DNA of 32,000 bases, from NCBI RefSeq assembly GCF_000009705.1, contig NC_003272.1, positions 870,001 through 902,000 on the forward strand, read 5' to 3'. The position numbers and the translations under genes are program-made. This DNA comes from Nostoc sp. PCC 7120 = FACHB-418 (lineage in GTDB: Bacteria; Cyanobacteriota; Cyanobacteriia; Cyanobacteriales; Nostocaceae). The notes below the pieces were generated by a model. It did not search any database, had not been told where the DNA came from, and saw only the letters and a program-made list of their open reading frames with translations. Below, one piece after another: positions 23,012 to 31,826 of the stretch. Each line of letters begins with the position of its first letter. Position 1 is the first letter of the stretch.

Positions 23012-23488
23012 TTACGCTACTGCTCCAACTTCAAACCATAAATTATTTACTTTGTCAAGTATTTGAATAATTTTAACTAAAGCGATCGCCTTCCCGGTTT
23101 CCGCAGTGCGTGAAAAGCGATCGCCTATTTCAAAGTTAGCGCCTGGAATCGTTACCCACCAAGCTGTTGGACAATTACCGTAGATGGCTTTGGTTAAGGC
23201 TAAAAGCGATCGTGGATCACCTGTATGTACATTACTATCAATATCGCCAGCAGCGAAGAGTGGCTGCACTTTGACATCAAAACCATGTACTGGTAAACAA
23301 GCATCAATAAAAATAGCCAAGTCAACACTCGCTAGTGAGTCCGCTAAATCAGGTGTAAGTTGATGGACTGCAAGAGATTCAACAGATGGTAAACGCCAAG
23401 ACGCTACTTCATTCGCTATCCGTTGTCCTATACCGTCATCACTCCGCAAATCATTACCATATCCAATCACCATTACGGTCTTCTTCAT
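23012..23488 (-). CDS. hoxW: Hydrogenase maturation endopeptidase specific for HoxH
   Basis: The 158-aa product has MKKTVMVIGYGNDLRSDDGIGQRIANEV, which is the GxGNxxxxDDGxG motif of HycI/HupW/HoxW proteases. It lies close to hoxH. Confidence 0.85.
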   Translation of the reverse strand: MKKTVMVIGYGNDLRSDDGIGQRIANEVASWRLPSVESLAVHQLTPDLADSLASVDLAIFIDACLPVHGFDVKVQPLFAAGDIDSNVHTGDPRSLLALTKAIYGNCPTAWWVTIPGANFEIGDRFSRTAETGKAIALVKIIQILDKVNNLWFEVGAVA

Positions 23489-23690
23489 GATTTTTGGCTC
23501 TTGTGCAAATTTCAGCTATATCATCAGTTGACGCTTTTGGGAGGTTTTTTCTATCGTCCCGCTTTTAACGTAAGAGAAAAATTTGAGGAAGTCGTGAGGA
23601 AACAAAGATTTCTGGGAAATCTAGCCGAAAGCACATAGGGAAAAGACTTTAAGCTAATACGTGTCTAAATTACATAACTACTAATGAGGG

Positions 23691-23739
23691 CTGTTAACTG
23701 TTAACTGTTAACAGTTAACTGTCAACCGTCAACCATCAA
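23691..23739. repeat. STRR-like heptamer array, 7 units (CTGTTAA x3, CAGTTAA, CTGTCAA, CCGTCAA, CCATCAA)
   Basis: I read it directly from the sequence. It lies between the HPPD stop (23746) and the hoxW start (23488). Confidence 0.9.
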
Positions 23740-23745
23740 GCATTA

Positions 23746-24780
23746 TTACTGCAACGTTCCCCGCTTCATTTGTTCGCTTTCGATAGCTTCAAATAAGGCG
23801 CGAAAGTTACCTTCCCCAAAACCTTGGGCTTGGGAACGACGTTCAATAAATTCTAAGAAAAAAGTTGGTTCTGCAAATATGGGTTGGGTGAAAATTTGCA
23901 ATAGTACCCCATTTTGATTATCCTTTCGCCAGTCTACCAAAATTTCTTGTTGAGCGATCGCCTCTAATTCTGCTGATGATAGAGGAATCTCTAGACGCTG
24001 TTTGAGTTGTGTGTAATAAGTTTGGGGAACTGAAAGCAGTGGTAAACCACGGTTACGAAATTGGGCGATCGCATCTACAATATTTTGTGTTTGCAAGGCG
24101 ATATGCTGAATGCCTGCTCCTCGATTAAAGTTGAGAAATTCTTGTATTTGCGAATTGCTGGATGCTGGCTCGTTAATTGGCAATTGTACACTACCATCAC
24201 GAGAAACCATAACTTGGCTATGCAAGGCAGAGCGATCGGTTTGAATCTTAAAAGCCTGTCGGGGTTGCAAATCGAGAATTTTTTCATACCAAGCCACAGC
24301 CGCTTCTAACTCACCTACGGCGACATTTAAGACTATATGGTCTATGGCGGTAATAAAATTAGGTGATGAAGTTATCTGGTTATCGGAATTTAATTTTTCA
24401 ATTAACGTATGAGTTAAGCCACCCCAAGCGGCTATTTTGCCACACTGGCGAGAGATATTACCAATTTGACGTTCTCCTATAGGTTGTAGGATTGTAGCAC
24501 CATGAGCCTGGGCATGAGCGATCGCTACCTCTACATCTTCTACCGCAAACGCCACATCTGACACTCCAGGCGGATGTTGACGCAGAAATTCAGCCACAGG
24601 ACTAGTAGATAATAATGGAGAAGACAGCAAAAAGCAGACATCTCCACTTTGCACCACCTCCGTACAAGTATGTAGAGAACCGATATTACTACTTACTCCG
24701 GTAAAACCCAGATAGTTGAGGAACCAATCTCGCCACACCTTGGCATCTTCGACATAGAAATGAACATGATCAATTTTCAT
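23746..24780 (-). CDS. hppD: 4-hydroxyphenylpyruvate dioxygenase
   Basis: The 344-aa product has two VOC/glyoxalase-type modules and the diagnostic C-terminus FLEFIERRSQAQGFGEGNFRALFEAIESEQMKRG. Confidence 0.85.
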   Translation of the reverse strand: MKIDHVHFYVEDAKVWRDWFLNYLGFTGVSSNIGSLHTCTEVVQSGDVCFLLSSPLLSTSPVAEFLRQHPPGVSDVAFAVEDVEVAIAHAQAHGATILQPIGERQIGNISRQCGKIAAWGGLTHTLIEKLNSDNQITSSPNFITAIDHIVLNVAVGELEAAVAWYEKILDLQPRQAFKIQTDRSALHSQVMVSRDGSVQLPINEPASSNSQIQEFLNFNRGAGIQHIALQTQNIVDAIAQFRNRGLPLLSVPQTYYTQLKQRLEIPLSSAELEAIAQQEILVDWRKDNQNGVLLQIFTQPIFAEPTFFLEFIERRSQAQGFGEGNFRALFEAIESEQMKRGTLQ

Positions 24781-25658
24781 AAATCTTGAAAATCCAGCAC
24801 CACAGCTTATCTAACTGTAAATTTTGTCTTTTTAGCCAGATTTTCGCTTCCCGCCTAAGCAAGAATTATATAAACGCATAAGAGCTACTTTAATTCCAGA
24901 AAAACCAGTAACCCCACCGACAACTATATTCTGCATTATTTTATTTACATTTCTTTACACATTACATAATACTCAATTACGGGTGGAAAGAGGGTGTAGA
25001 GACGAAACAAAAGGGATGAGCCTGATGGGAAGAAATGCGATCGCTGATATTAGGATGAGTATTTGATCGCTGTCAATCATATAACTTGCACATCTTTGCG
25101 TGTTGACCTTTGATAGTTAACAAACTATACAAGTGACTAGGTAATTTAAAAGCGTCATTTCTTAAACGAGCAATATTACTTAAGAATTAATGAAGCGATC
25201 GCTCAATTAACAATGACTATCTTGCTAGATATTTCCATCAATTTTATCTAGATAAATAGCAAGCTAGAGCATAAAATGAACAGTGGGAAAAGGTAAAGTT
25301 TATTTGCAAGTAATTCCCAACTTTTATAGTGGGTGCTAATCTAGTAATTGAAGCTACAGATAAAGCTTCCCTGGCAGATGTAACAGCTAGTGTGTACAAC
25401 AAGATAAAGAGGTAAAAACGCTGTTTAATTTAAGGTCTGTCTCGTTTAAAACCGACAACACCCAACACGAAAGTTGATATTTCCTCATATATCCTAAAAT
25501 GGGGGCGCTGTAATCTATTACTGTTACTTAAATGTAATTGTAAATGGTGATTATATCCCTGAATAGAATAAACAAGGAGAGGAAATTCTAACAACTAGTA
25601 GATGTTTGGGTGTTGTTGCGTTATAAGATAGATCGGCGTGAACATTTATCAATGAAAA

Positions 25659-26276
25659 TCAGCTTGGTTTAGCAAAAATGGTCAGCAAAACCGGCCCTAA
25701 TAAATAATGATGATTCACACACAATAACCCCGTAGATGAGCCAAGAACTTCACGTTGGTGGGGGCTATAGAATCTAATTCCCTGAGAAGATATTGGCAAT
25801 ATTTCTGGTAATTTTTCCCTTGTGGTGGTAAAGTCCACCAAATAGAAACGTCCACCAGGAGAAAGCACCCGCGACACCTCTTGCAGCACCTTTTCCGGTT
25901 CACGATAATGCAAGAAACTGATGGTGTTGAACACAGCATCAAATTGACCATCACCGAAAGGAAGAGACTCTGCTTTACCTTCCAGAAAAATTAACCGAGG
26001 ATGATGACGATTACTGAGCCTTGCTTGGCGTAACATATTAGAAGATAAATCTAAACCTGTACCTCGCAGTTCAGGAAATTTATTAGCGAGGCGTTCTAAT
26101 AAGCGCCCGGTTCCACAACCTAAATCAAGTATGTTGGCTGGCTGCGATAAATCGACAAATTCCAGCAACCGCTTGTGAATGGCTTGGTAAAAAATCGAGG
26201 GAAATAGCCAGTCATAACTATTAGCCCAACGGTCAAAAATAAACTTTTTGTTCTTGAGGAAATCATTAGTCATCAT
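25659..26276 (-). CDS. Class I SAM-dependent methyltransferase (type 11)
   Basis: The 205-aa product has motif I ILDLGCGTGRLLERL and post-I/II motifs (FDAVFNTISFLHY, LSPGGRFYLVD). Confidence 0.8.
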   Translation of the reverse strand: MMTNDFLKNKKFIFDRWANSYDWLFPSIFYQAIHKRLLEFVDLSQPANILDLGCGTGRLLERLANKFPELRGTGLDLSSNMLRQARLSNRHHPRLIFLEGKAESLPFGDGQFDAVFNTISFLHYREPEKVLQEVSRVLSPGGRFYLVDFTTTREKLPEILPISSQGIRFYSPHQREVLGSSTGLLCVNHHYLLGPVLLTIFAKPS

Positions 26277-26670
26277 TTTATTGTGCAGTATTGATGCTTA
26301 AGCTAGGTTGAAAGAATTTTGCTCTGCATTTAACAATATAGCAATCCAATTTAATGATTGAAACTATTAGTATCTGTAGTGTAAGTATCGCCAATCATAT
26401 TAGATTTTTTGTGAGAAATTCCCACCCTATCTATAGTTCAACAATCAAATATTCATCCTATGCCTAGACTAGCATTTAGCCACACATTTATGGAAGGTAT
26501 GGTAATCAATCTTCCGTAATCCTAGTATTGGCAGGTGTAGTTAAGAATATTCTCAGATATATAAGTTAACTCTGCTGGGAATTAAAACACGAATAATTGC
26601 TGCATAAAAACAGATACTCCAACCGTATTTACTTATAGAGGTTCAAAATCAACAACAGAGGTGAATTATT

Positions 26671-26958
26671 ATGACAGTCTTTTTACAAACTTACTCTCAC
26701 AAAGACTTACTATATCCTATCCGCCAATGGTTAGGAGGAATCGAAATTCATAACTCTAAACTAGCTCATCTGTTATGCAAACTTATCCCTGCTCAATGTC
26801 CATTTGAAAGAGACGTGAACCTATTTGGCCGTATATTGTTTCATATCCCGCCAATGTGTAAGTTAAATCCTTTATATGAGGAAGTTGTGGGCTTACGTTT
26901 CAAAGCCTTGTGTTACCTAGCTGATGAATGTGGAGAAGATATCACAGTTTATTGCTAG
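26671..26958 (+). CDS. Mo-dependent nitrogenase C-terminal domain family protein (stand-alone, 95 aa)
   Basis: LCKLIPAQCPFERDVNLFGRILFHIPPMCKLNPLYEEVVGLRFKALCYLADECGEDI matches my memory of the Pfam Mo-nitro_C family. AGAGGTG lies upstream of the ATG. Confidence 0.55.
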   Translation: MTVFLQTYSHKDLLYPIRQWLGGIEIHNSKLAHLLCKLIPAQCPFERDVNLFGRILFHIPPMCKLNPLYEEVVGLRFKALCYLADECGEDITVYC

Positions 26959-27279
26959 GCAAAAGAAGCTAAGATTGAGAGATGAGAGGCTAGAGATAAG
27001 ATGTTGTACTTCTCACACAAGACACTGCTCAACGCCCTACTACCGCTAACAGTATTTATTACTGTGCAAACTTACGGTTGTTACTTAAGCAAAAGTATAA
27101 TAAGCTAGCCTAGAACTAATTAGATGCCCATATTATTGGTGTCATTATTGGCTGTTACAGCATATTAGCCATAACAAGACTATATGCGACGACCTACGGT
27201 CGGTCGAAGACCATCGCCTAAATGCCTACAGTATCGGTATCTTACAATTGTTACCTTACCTTTTTACTTTTGCTCGATC

Positions 27280-27666
27280 ATGACGCACATCTTACTGGTT
27301 GAAGATGAAGTCAAACTAGCACGATTTCTGGAATTGGAACTAAACTATCAAGGGTATCAGGTTAGTGTCGCCTACGATGGATTAACTGCAATGATTGCAG
27401 CCCGGCAATTGCAGCTAGATTTGATAATTTTAGATGGGAAAATTCCTGGTTTATCGGCGTGGGAAATTTGCCACCGCTTGGGGAATAGTGCCAAAAATAT
27501 ACCGATAATATTGTTAACGGCTAAAGATGAAGTCACCTCTCGCATTGCTGGTTTAGATGCTAGTACTGCCGATTATGTAGTCAAACCCTTTAATATTGAG
27601 GAATTATTAGCTAAAGTCTGCACTCATTTACGAAAAACGCAACAAGCAGATGCAGCCGATAAGTAG
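27280..27666 (+). CDS. Single-domain response regulator (OmpR-type receiver without an output domain)
   Basis: The sequence is MTHILLVEDEVKLARFLE...DLIILDGKIPGLSAWEI...ILLTAKDE...DYVVKPFNIEELLAKV. The acidic pocket, phospho-acceptor Asp, Thr and Lys are all present. The protein ends about 15 aa after the receiver. I place the start at the ATG at 27280. Confidence 0.8.
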   Translation: MTHILLVEDEVKLARFLELELNYQGYQVSVAYDGLTAMIAARQLQLDLIILDGKIPGLSAWEICHRLGNSAKNIPIILLTAKDEVTSRIAGLDASTADYVVKPFNIEELLAKVCTHLRKTQQADAADK

Positions 27667-27674
27667 GGAGGAAG

Positions 27675-29588
27675 TTAAAGAGACTTAATTGCTTGATAAC
27701 GTCCAAGGGCAATTAAAGGAAAGTACTGTTGATAGTAGTGATACTTCAAGTAAAAGTGACAAGGGAAGCCTGTTCCGGTAAAGTATGCCTCAAACCAACT
27801 ACCGTCTGGTTGTTGTGTGGATACCAGATGATTAATTCCCCGTTCAATAGCATCATGAGCAAAATTACCAGTGGCTTCACCAGCTGCTATCAACCCAATT
27901 AACGCCCAGGCTGTTTGGGATGGTGTACTGTCACCTTGACCTTTCAGGCTGGGGTCGTTGTAGCTAAAGCAAGTTTCACCCCAACCGCCATCGGGGTTTT
28001 GACAACCAACTAACCAAGTAGCACCCTGTTGAATATGGCGTTGATATTTTTGCGGATTGATTAAAGCTAAGGCGGAGAGAACACCGCTAGTTCCATAAAT
28101 GTAATTTACACCCCAACGCCCAAACCAACAGCCTTCTGCTTCCTGTTCATTTAACAGATAGGTCAGCGCCCGTTCCAGATTGTGGGAATCGATAGATAAA
28201 TTACAAGCACCCAACATTTCGATTACCCTGGCGGTAACATCTGCTGTGTTGGGGTCAATCATGGCCTTTAAGTCGCCATAGGGTACGGAATTGAGCCAAT
28301 CCTGGTCATTATCAAGATCAAAAGCTGCCCAGCCGCCGGGTTTGCATTGCATTGATGCTACCCATTGCAGGGCGCGATCGCACGCCTTCTGCTTTAATTG
28401 TTCATTAGGGAGTTTAGCGGCGTGGAGTGCCATAACGACAACAGCCGTATCATCCACATCTGGGTAAAAGCGATTCTCAAACTCAAACGCCCAAGCCCCT
28501 GGCTTACCTTGGCGATTTTTGACATTCCAGTCACCATAGTCAAGAATTTGCTTTTGTAATAGCCATTCTCCCGCCTTGACTATAGCCGGATGGTCTGGTG
28601 CTATACCAGAGTCAATCAACGCCCGGATAACCCAAGCTGTATCCCACACAGGTGACACACAAGGCTGGACTCGATAACAATCTACTGTTTCGATGGCAAA
28701 GTTATCAAGGGCTTGTAAACCTCGTTCTACAATTGGGTCGTTGGTGTCATAACCCAAAGAGCGCAAAGCCAGCATGGAATTTAACATAGCGGGAATGATT
28801 CCCCCCCAGTCGCCTGTGGCTTCTTGGCGTTCTATAATCCACTTCTCGGCGGCTTTGATACCTTCTTCTCGAAAGGGAATAAAATTGAAACTTTCTGCCA
28901 GCTTGAAGCCTTCATCTAAAGTGAGGAATAAATCAGTCCAGTCACCACTGCGGGGTAATTCATAGCGGACATTCTCCACACCTTCCGCGTATAACTCATC
29001 CAGGGTAATAGTTGGGTTGACTTGGTAGACAGGTTTTTGGTCAAAGACAATCAACAGTGGGACAGTGCTGGAACGCGCCCAACTGGACATTTCGTAAATA
29101 TTCACAGGGAACTGATTGGGTAACAGCATCACCCAAGCTGGGAGAGAAGGAAGACCACGCCAGTTGTAGCAGCCGATGAGTGCGAGGTGAAACTTGGTAA
29201 AAATGCGGGTTTTGCTGATACCACCACGCTGGAGAATAAAATCTCGCGCCTGAATCATGGCGGGGTCGGTTGCAGGTACACCAAGCAACTTCAGCGCCAT
29301 GTACGCCTCAACCGATGTACTGAGTTCGCCCCCATCCCCATAAAATAATTCCCAACCGCCATGCTGCTTTTGTTGCGATCGCAGATAAGCTTCTACTTTA
29401 TGTAGAGGTCGAGTTTTATCTGTTCCCCAAATTTTGTGGAGTAAGACAACTTCAGCCGTGATGGTGACGTTCGATTCCAACTCCGCCCACCAGTAACCAG
29501 CCGGATTTTGTAGTGATAGCAGATATTTTTGACTAGCTGCGATCGCCTCTGCAATAGAATTGACTTGTACCCTGTCTTGTGTTCGCAT
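27675..29588 (-). CDS. shc: Squalene-hopene cyclase
   Basis: The ~637-aa product has the DVDDTA catalytic motif (YPDVDDTAVVVMAL) and multiple QW repeats (e.g. QNPDGGWGE, QQPDGSWFE). I place the start at the ATG at 29588; the ORF-track start at 29591 is a TTG. Confidence 0.92.
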   Translation of the reverse strand: MRTQDRVQVNSIAEAIAASQKYLLSLQNPAGYWWAELESNVTITAEVVLLHKIWGTDKTRPLHKVEAYLRSQQKQHGGWELFYGDGGELSTSVEAYMALKLLGVPATDPAMIQARDFILQRGGISKTRIFTKFHLALIGCYNWRGLPSLPAWVMLLPNQFPVNIYEMSSWARSSTVPLLIVFDQKPVYQVNPTITLDELYAEGVENVRYELPRSGDWTDLFLTLDEGFKLAESFNFIPFREEGIKAAEKWIIERQEATGDWGGIIPAMLNSMLALRSLGYDTNDPIVERGLQALDNFAIETVDCYRVQPCVSPVWDTAWVIRALIDSGIAPDHPAIVKAGEWLLQKQILDYGDWNVKNRQGKPGAWAFEFENRFYPDVDDTAVVVMALHAAKLPNEQLKQKACDRALQWVASMQCKPGGWAAFDLDNDQDWLNSVPYGDLKAMIDPNTADVTARVIEMLGACNLSIDSHNLERALTYLLNEQEAEGCWFGRWGVNYIYGTSGVLSALALINPQKYQRHIQQGATWLVGCQNPDGGWGETCFSYNDPSLKGQGDSTPSQTAWALIGLIAAGEATGNFAHDAIERGINHLVSTQQPDGSWFEAYFTGTGFPCHFYLKYHYYQQYFPLIALGRYQAIKSL

Positions 29589-29703
29589 CAAATACTACAA
29601 AAAATTTTTACCACACTCAGCAAATATTGTATTGTGTTTGAGGCTAATCAATTCAAAATTCAAAAATAATTAGTCCCCATAGTATTGAAGCGGTAACAAA
29701 CAG

Positions 29704-30894
29704 ATGGGTGCGTTCTTTTTAGGGTTAATATTGTTATCTTTGGTCATTTGGTTGGGATTACTATTTTTTTGGGGACAGTTTTGGCGATTAGACCAGAGAT
29801 TAGAAGGTGAAGAGATTCCGTTACAATCTTTACCGAAAATTTGTGCGGTTATCCCTGCACGTAACGAAGCTGAGTTCATACCGATTAGCTTGCGATCGCT
29901 CCTTCTTCAAGATTATCCTGGAGACTTACACATCTTTTTAGTTGATGACCAAAGTACAGATGGTACAGCCGCTTTTGCTGAAGGGGTAGCCCACGCTGTA
30001 GACAAAGCCCAACAATTACACATTGTTTCTGGCGAATCCTTACCCCCCGCTTGGTCTGGTAAACTCTGGGCAGTTGAACAAGGTATTCAAAAAGCCAAAA
30101 CCCTTGCACCAGATTATTTTTTTCTCACCGATGCAGACATTGAACATGATGTCAGCAACCTGCGGCGATTAGTCGCCAAAGCCCTACAAGAAGATTTAGA
30201 CCTGGCATCTGTAATGGTAAAACTCAGGTGTGAAAGCTTTTGGGAAAAATTATTAATTCCCGCCTTCGTCTTTTTCTTTCAAAAACTCTACCCCTTTCGC
30301 TGGGTAAATAACCCCAAAAACAAAATGGCGGCTGCTGCTGGTGGGTCTATTTTAATTCGTCGAGAAGTCCTAGAACAAATTGGTGGTATTCAAGTCATTC
30401 GCCAGGCCTTAATTGATGACTGCACCCTCGCACAAGTCGTCAAGTCTGGTAGGCTAGGAGACAAATTAAACAATGCTATTGCCAGAAAAATCTGGCTAGG
30501 CCTAAGTTCATCAACTCGCAGTCTACGACCATATGAATCTTTGCAAACAATTTGGGCTATGGTAGCGCGGACTGCATACACTCAGTTAAATTATTCCCCC
30601 TGGTTACTTTTGGGAACTGTTGTAGGGATGACGTTGATTTATTTGCTCCCACCTGTAGCTACTATTATCGGTGTATTGATGGGAGATTGGAGAATTACGC
30701 TGACAGGTTTAGGCGTATGGTTGCTGATGTCCTTGGCTTATTTACCCACGATTCGCTTTTATAAACGTTCTCCCTTATTAGCCTTTAGTTTACCAGCGAT
30801 CGCCTTTCTCTATACCCTCATGACCATTGACTCTGCATTCCGTCATTGGCAAGGGCGCGGTGGTGCGTGGAAAGGTAGAGTATACCCAGGCTAG
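29704..30894 (+). CDS. Family 2 glycosyltransferase with C-terminal TM helices, likely the hopanoid-associated HpnB type
   Basis: It has a GT2 N-terminus (AVIPARNEAEFIPISLRSLLLQDYPGDLHIFLVDDQSTDGT) and a D.D motif (LTDADIEHD). It is divergent from shc across a 115-bp spacer. Confidence 0.6.
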   Translation: MGAFFLGLILLSLVIWLGLLFFWGQFWRLDQRLEGEEIPLQSLPKICAVIPARNEAEFIPISLRSLLLQDYPGDLHIFLVDDQSTDGTAAFAEGVAHAVDKAQQLHIVSGESLPPAWSGKLWAVEQGIQKAKTLAPDYFFLTDADIEHDVSNLRRLVAKALQEDLDLASVMVKLRCESFWEKLLIPAFVFFFQKLYPFRWVNNPKNKMAAAAGGSILIRREVLEQIGGIQVIRQALIDDCTLAQVVKSGRLGDKLNNAIARKIWLGLSSSTRSLRPYESLQTIWAMVARTAYTQLNYSPWLLLGTVVGMTLIYLLPPVATIIGVLMGDWRITLTGLGVWLLMSLAYLPTIRFYKRSPLLAFSLPAIAFLYTLMTIDSAFRHWQGRGGAWKGRVYPG

Positions 30895-31196
30895 TATCGC
30901 AAGGCGGAATTCAAAATACCCTACGGGAAGCTAAAGCTACAAAATTCAAAATGAATACAGCATAAGGGTTTTGTTGATTTGCAACGCGTAGATTATTGCG
31001 AATTGCGTTGGCGTTAGTGTGGTTTTACCCAAAAGTTGCCAAGAACCAAGATATGCTTCAAACCTATGATTCGAGTTTAAAAAACCTGAAATTTAGCTAC
31101 AGCAAGTAATCTAGCTCAAAAAATTGCACACAGGGCGATCGCTAATCATTGATTTTGAATTGTGATTGCAATGTCAAGTGAGGTAGTCAAAAATGC

Positions 31197-31694
31197 TCAA
31201 ATACCTGCTCCTACACAGTGAATCCGCCGAAATGGCAAAGCATCAGTCAAGGAATTACTCCGTTCTAAATTTGTAGCCGTTAAGAGTCTAATTTCGCCCA
31301 TTTGCCAAGTTTTTGTTGTTGAGTCAAGATATTCAAATTTAATCGCAGTCACTTCAAATTGATGATCACCATTACCTGAATCCCACTGGACACGAATAGA
31401 GGGATTTCGCACCTCTGTACCACCATACTGAGTAATATGTTCGATTAGCAAACTATAGACACACTCCTGATTGTCATCAATATAATTGCCATTCTTCTGA
31501 ATAACCGCCTGTAGATATTCTCGACCAATACCCTCAGCACTAGGTAATGGTAATATGATCGGGCCAGGTAGCTTACTTTTGTAGGATACTAGGTTGAAAA
31601 GTGTCCCAACCCCCACAATTGCCGCTAATCCACCTGTAACAATCGCCCCTGTTTTCAGGAAAATAGAGAGCCATTTTTTCAATGATTGCAGCAT
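31197..31694 (-). CDS. Hypothetical membrane-anchored protein
   Basis: The 165-aa product has one N-terminal hydrophobic helix (IFLKTGAIVTGGLAAIVGVGTLFNLV). I do not recognise a family. Confidence 0.45.
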   Translation of the reverse strand: MLQSLKKWLSIFLKTGAIVTGGLAAIVGVGTLFNLVSYKSKLPGPIILPLPSAEGIGREYLQAVIQKNGNYIDDNQECVYSLLIEHITQYGGTEVRNPSIRVQWDSGNGDHQFEVTAIKFEYLDSTTKTWQMGEIRLLTATNLERSNSLTDALPFRRIHCVGAGI

Positions 31695-31826
31695 GAATTT
31701 ATAGCGTTTGTTGATTGGCTTAACAGCATGAAATTACGTTAACTCTTGGTCACGTTATGGTTCAAAAGTTGGTCATGCTGGAGGTAAAATCACAGTTAGC
31801 CTTGCCGAAGGCTATTGCGAATTGAT

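Noticed and set aside
25602-25631. Cys-rich mini-ORF MFGCCCVIR downstream of an AAGGAGAGG motif
   Set aside because: The SD-like motif is 19 nt from the ATG, which is too far. There is no downstream same-strand gene to regulate, and chance occurrence is likely.
27184-27279. N-terminal extension of the response regulator (MRRPTVGRRPSPKCLQ...)
   Set aside because: Receiver domains start right at the beta1 strand (MTHILLVEDE). The extension has no support.
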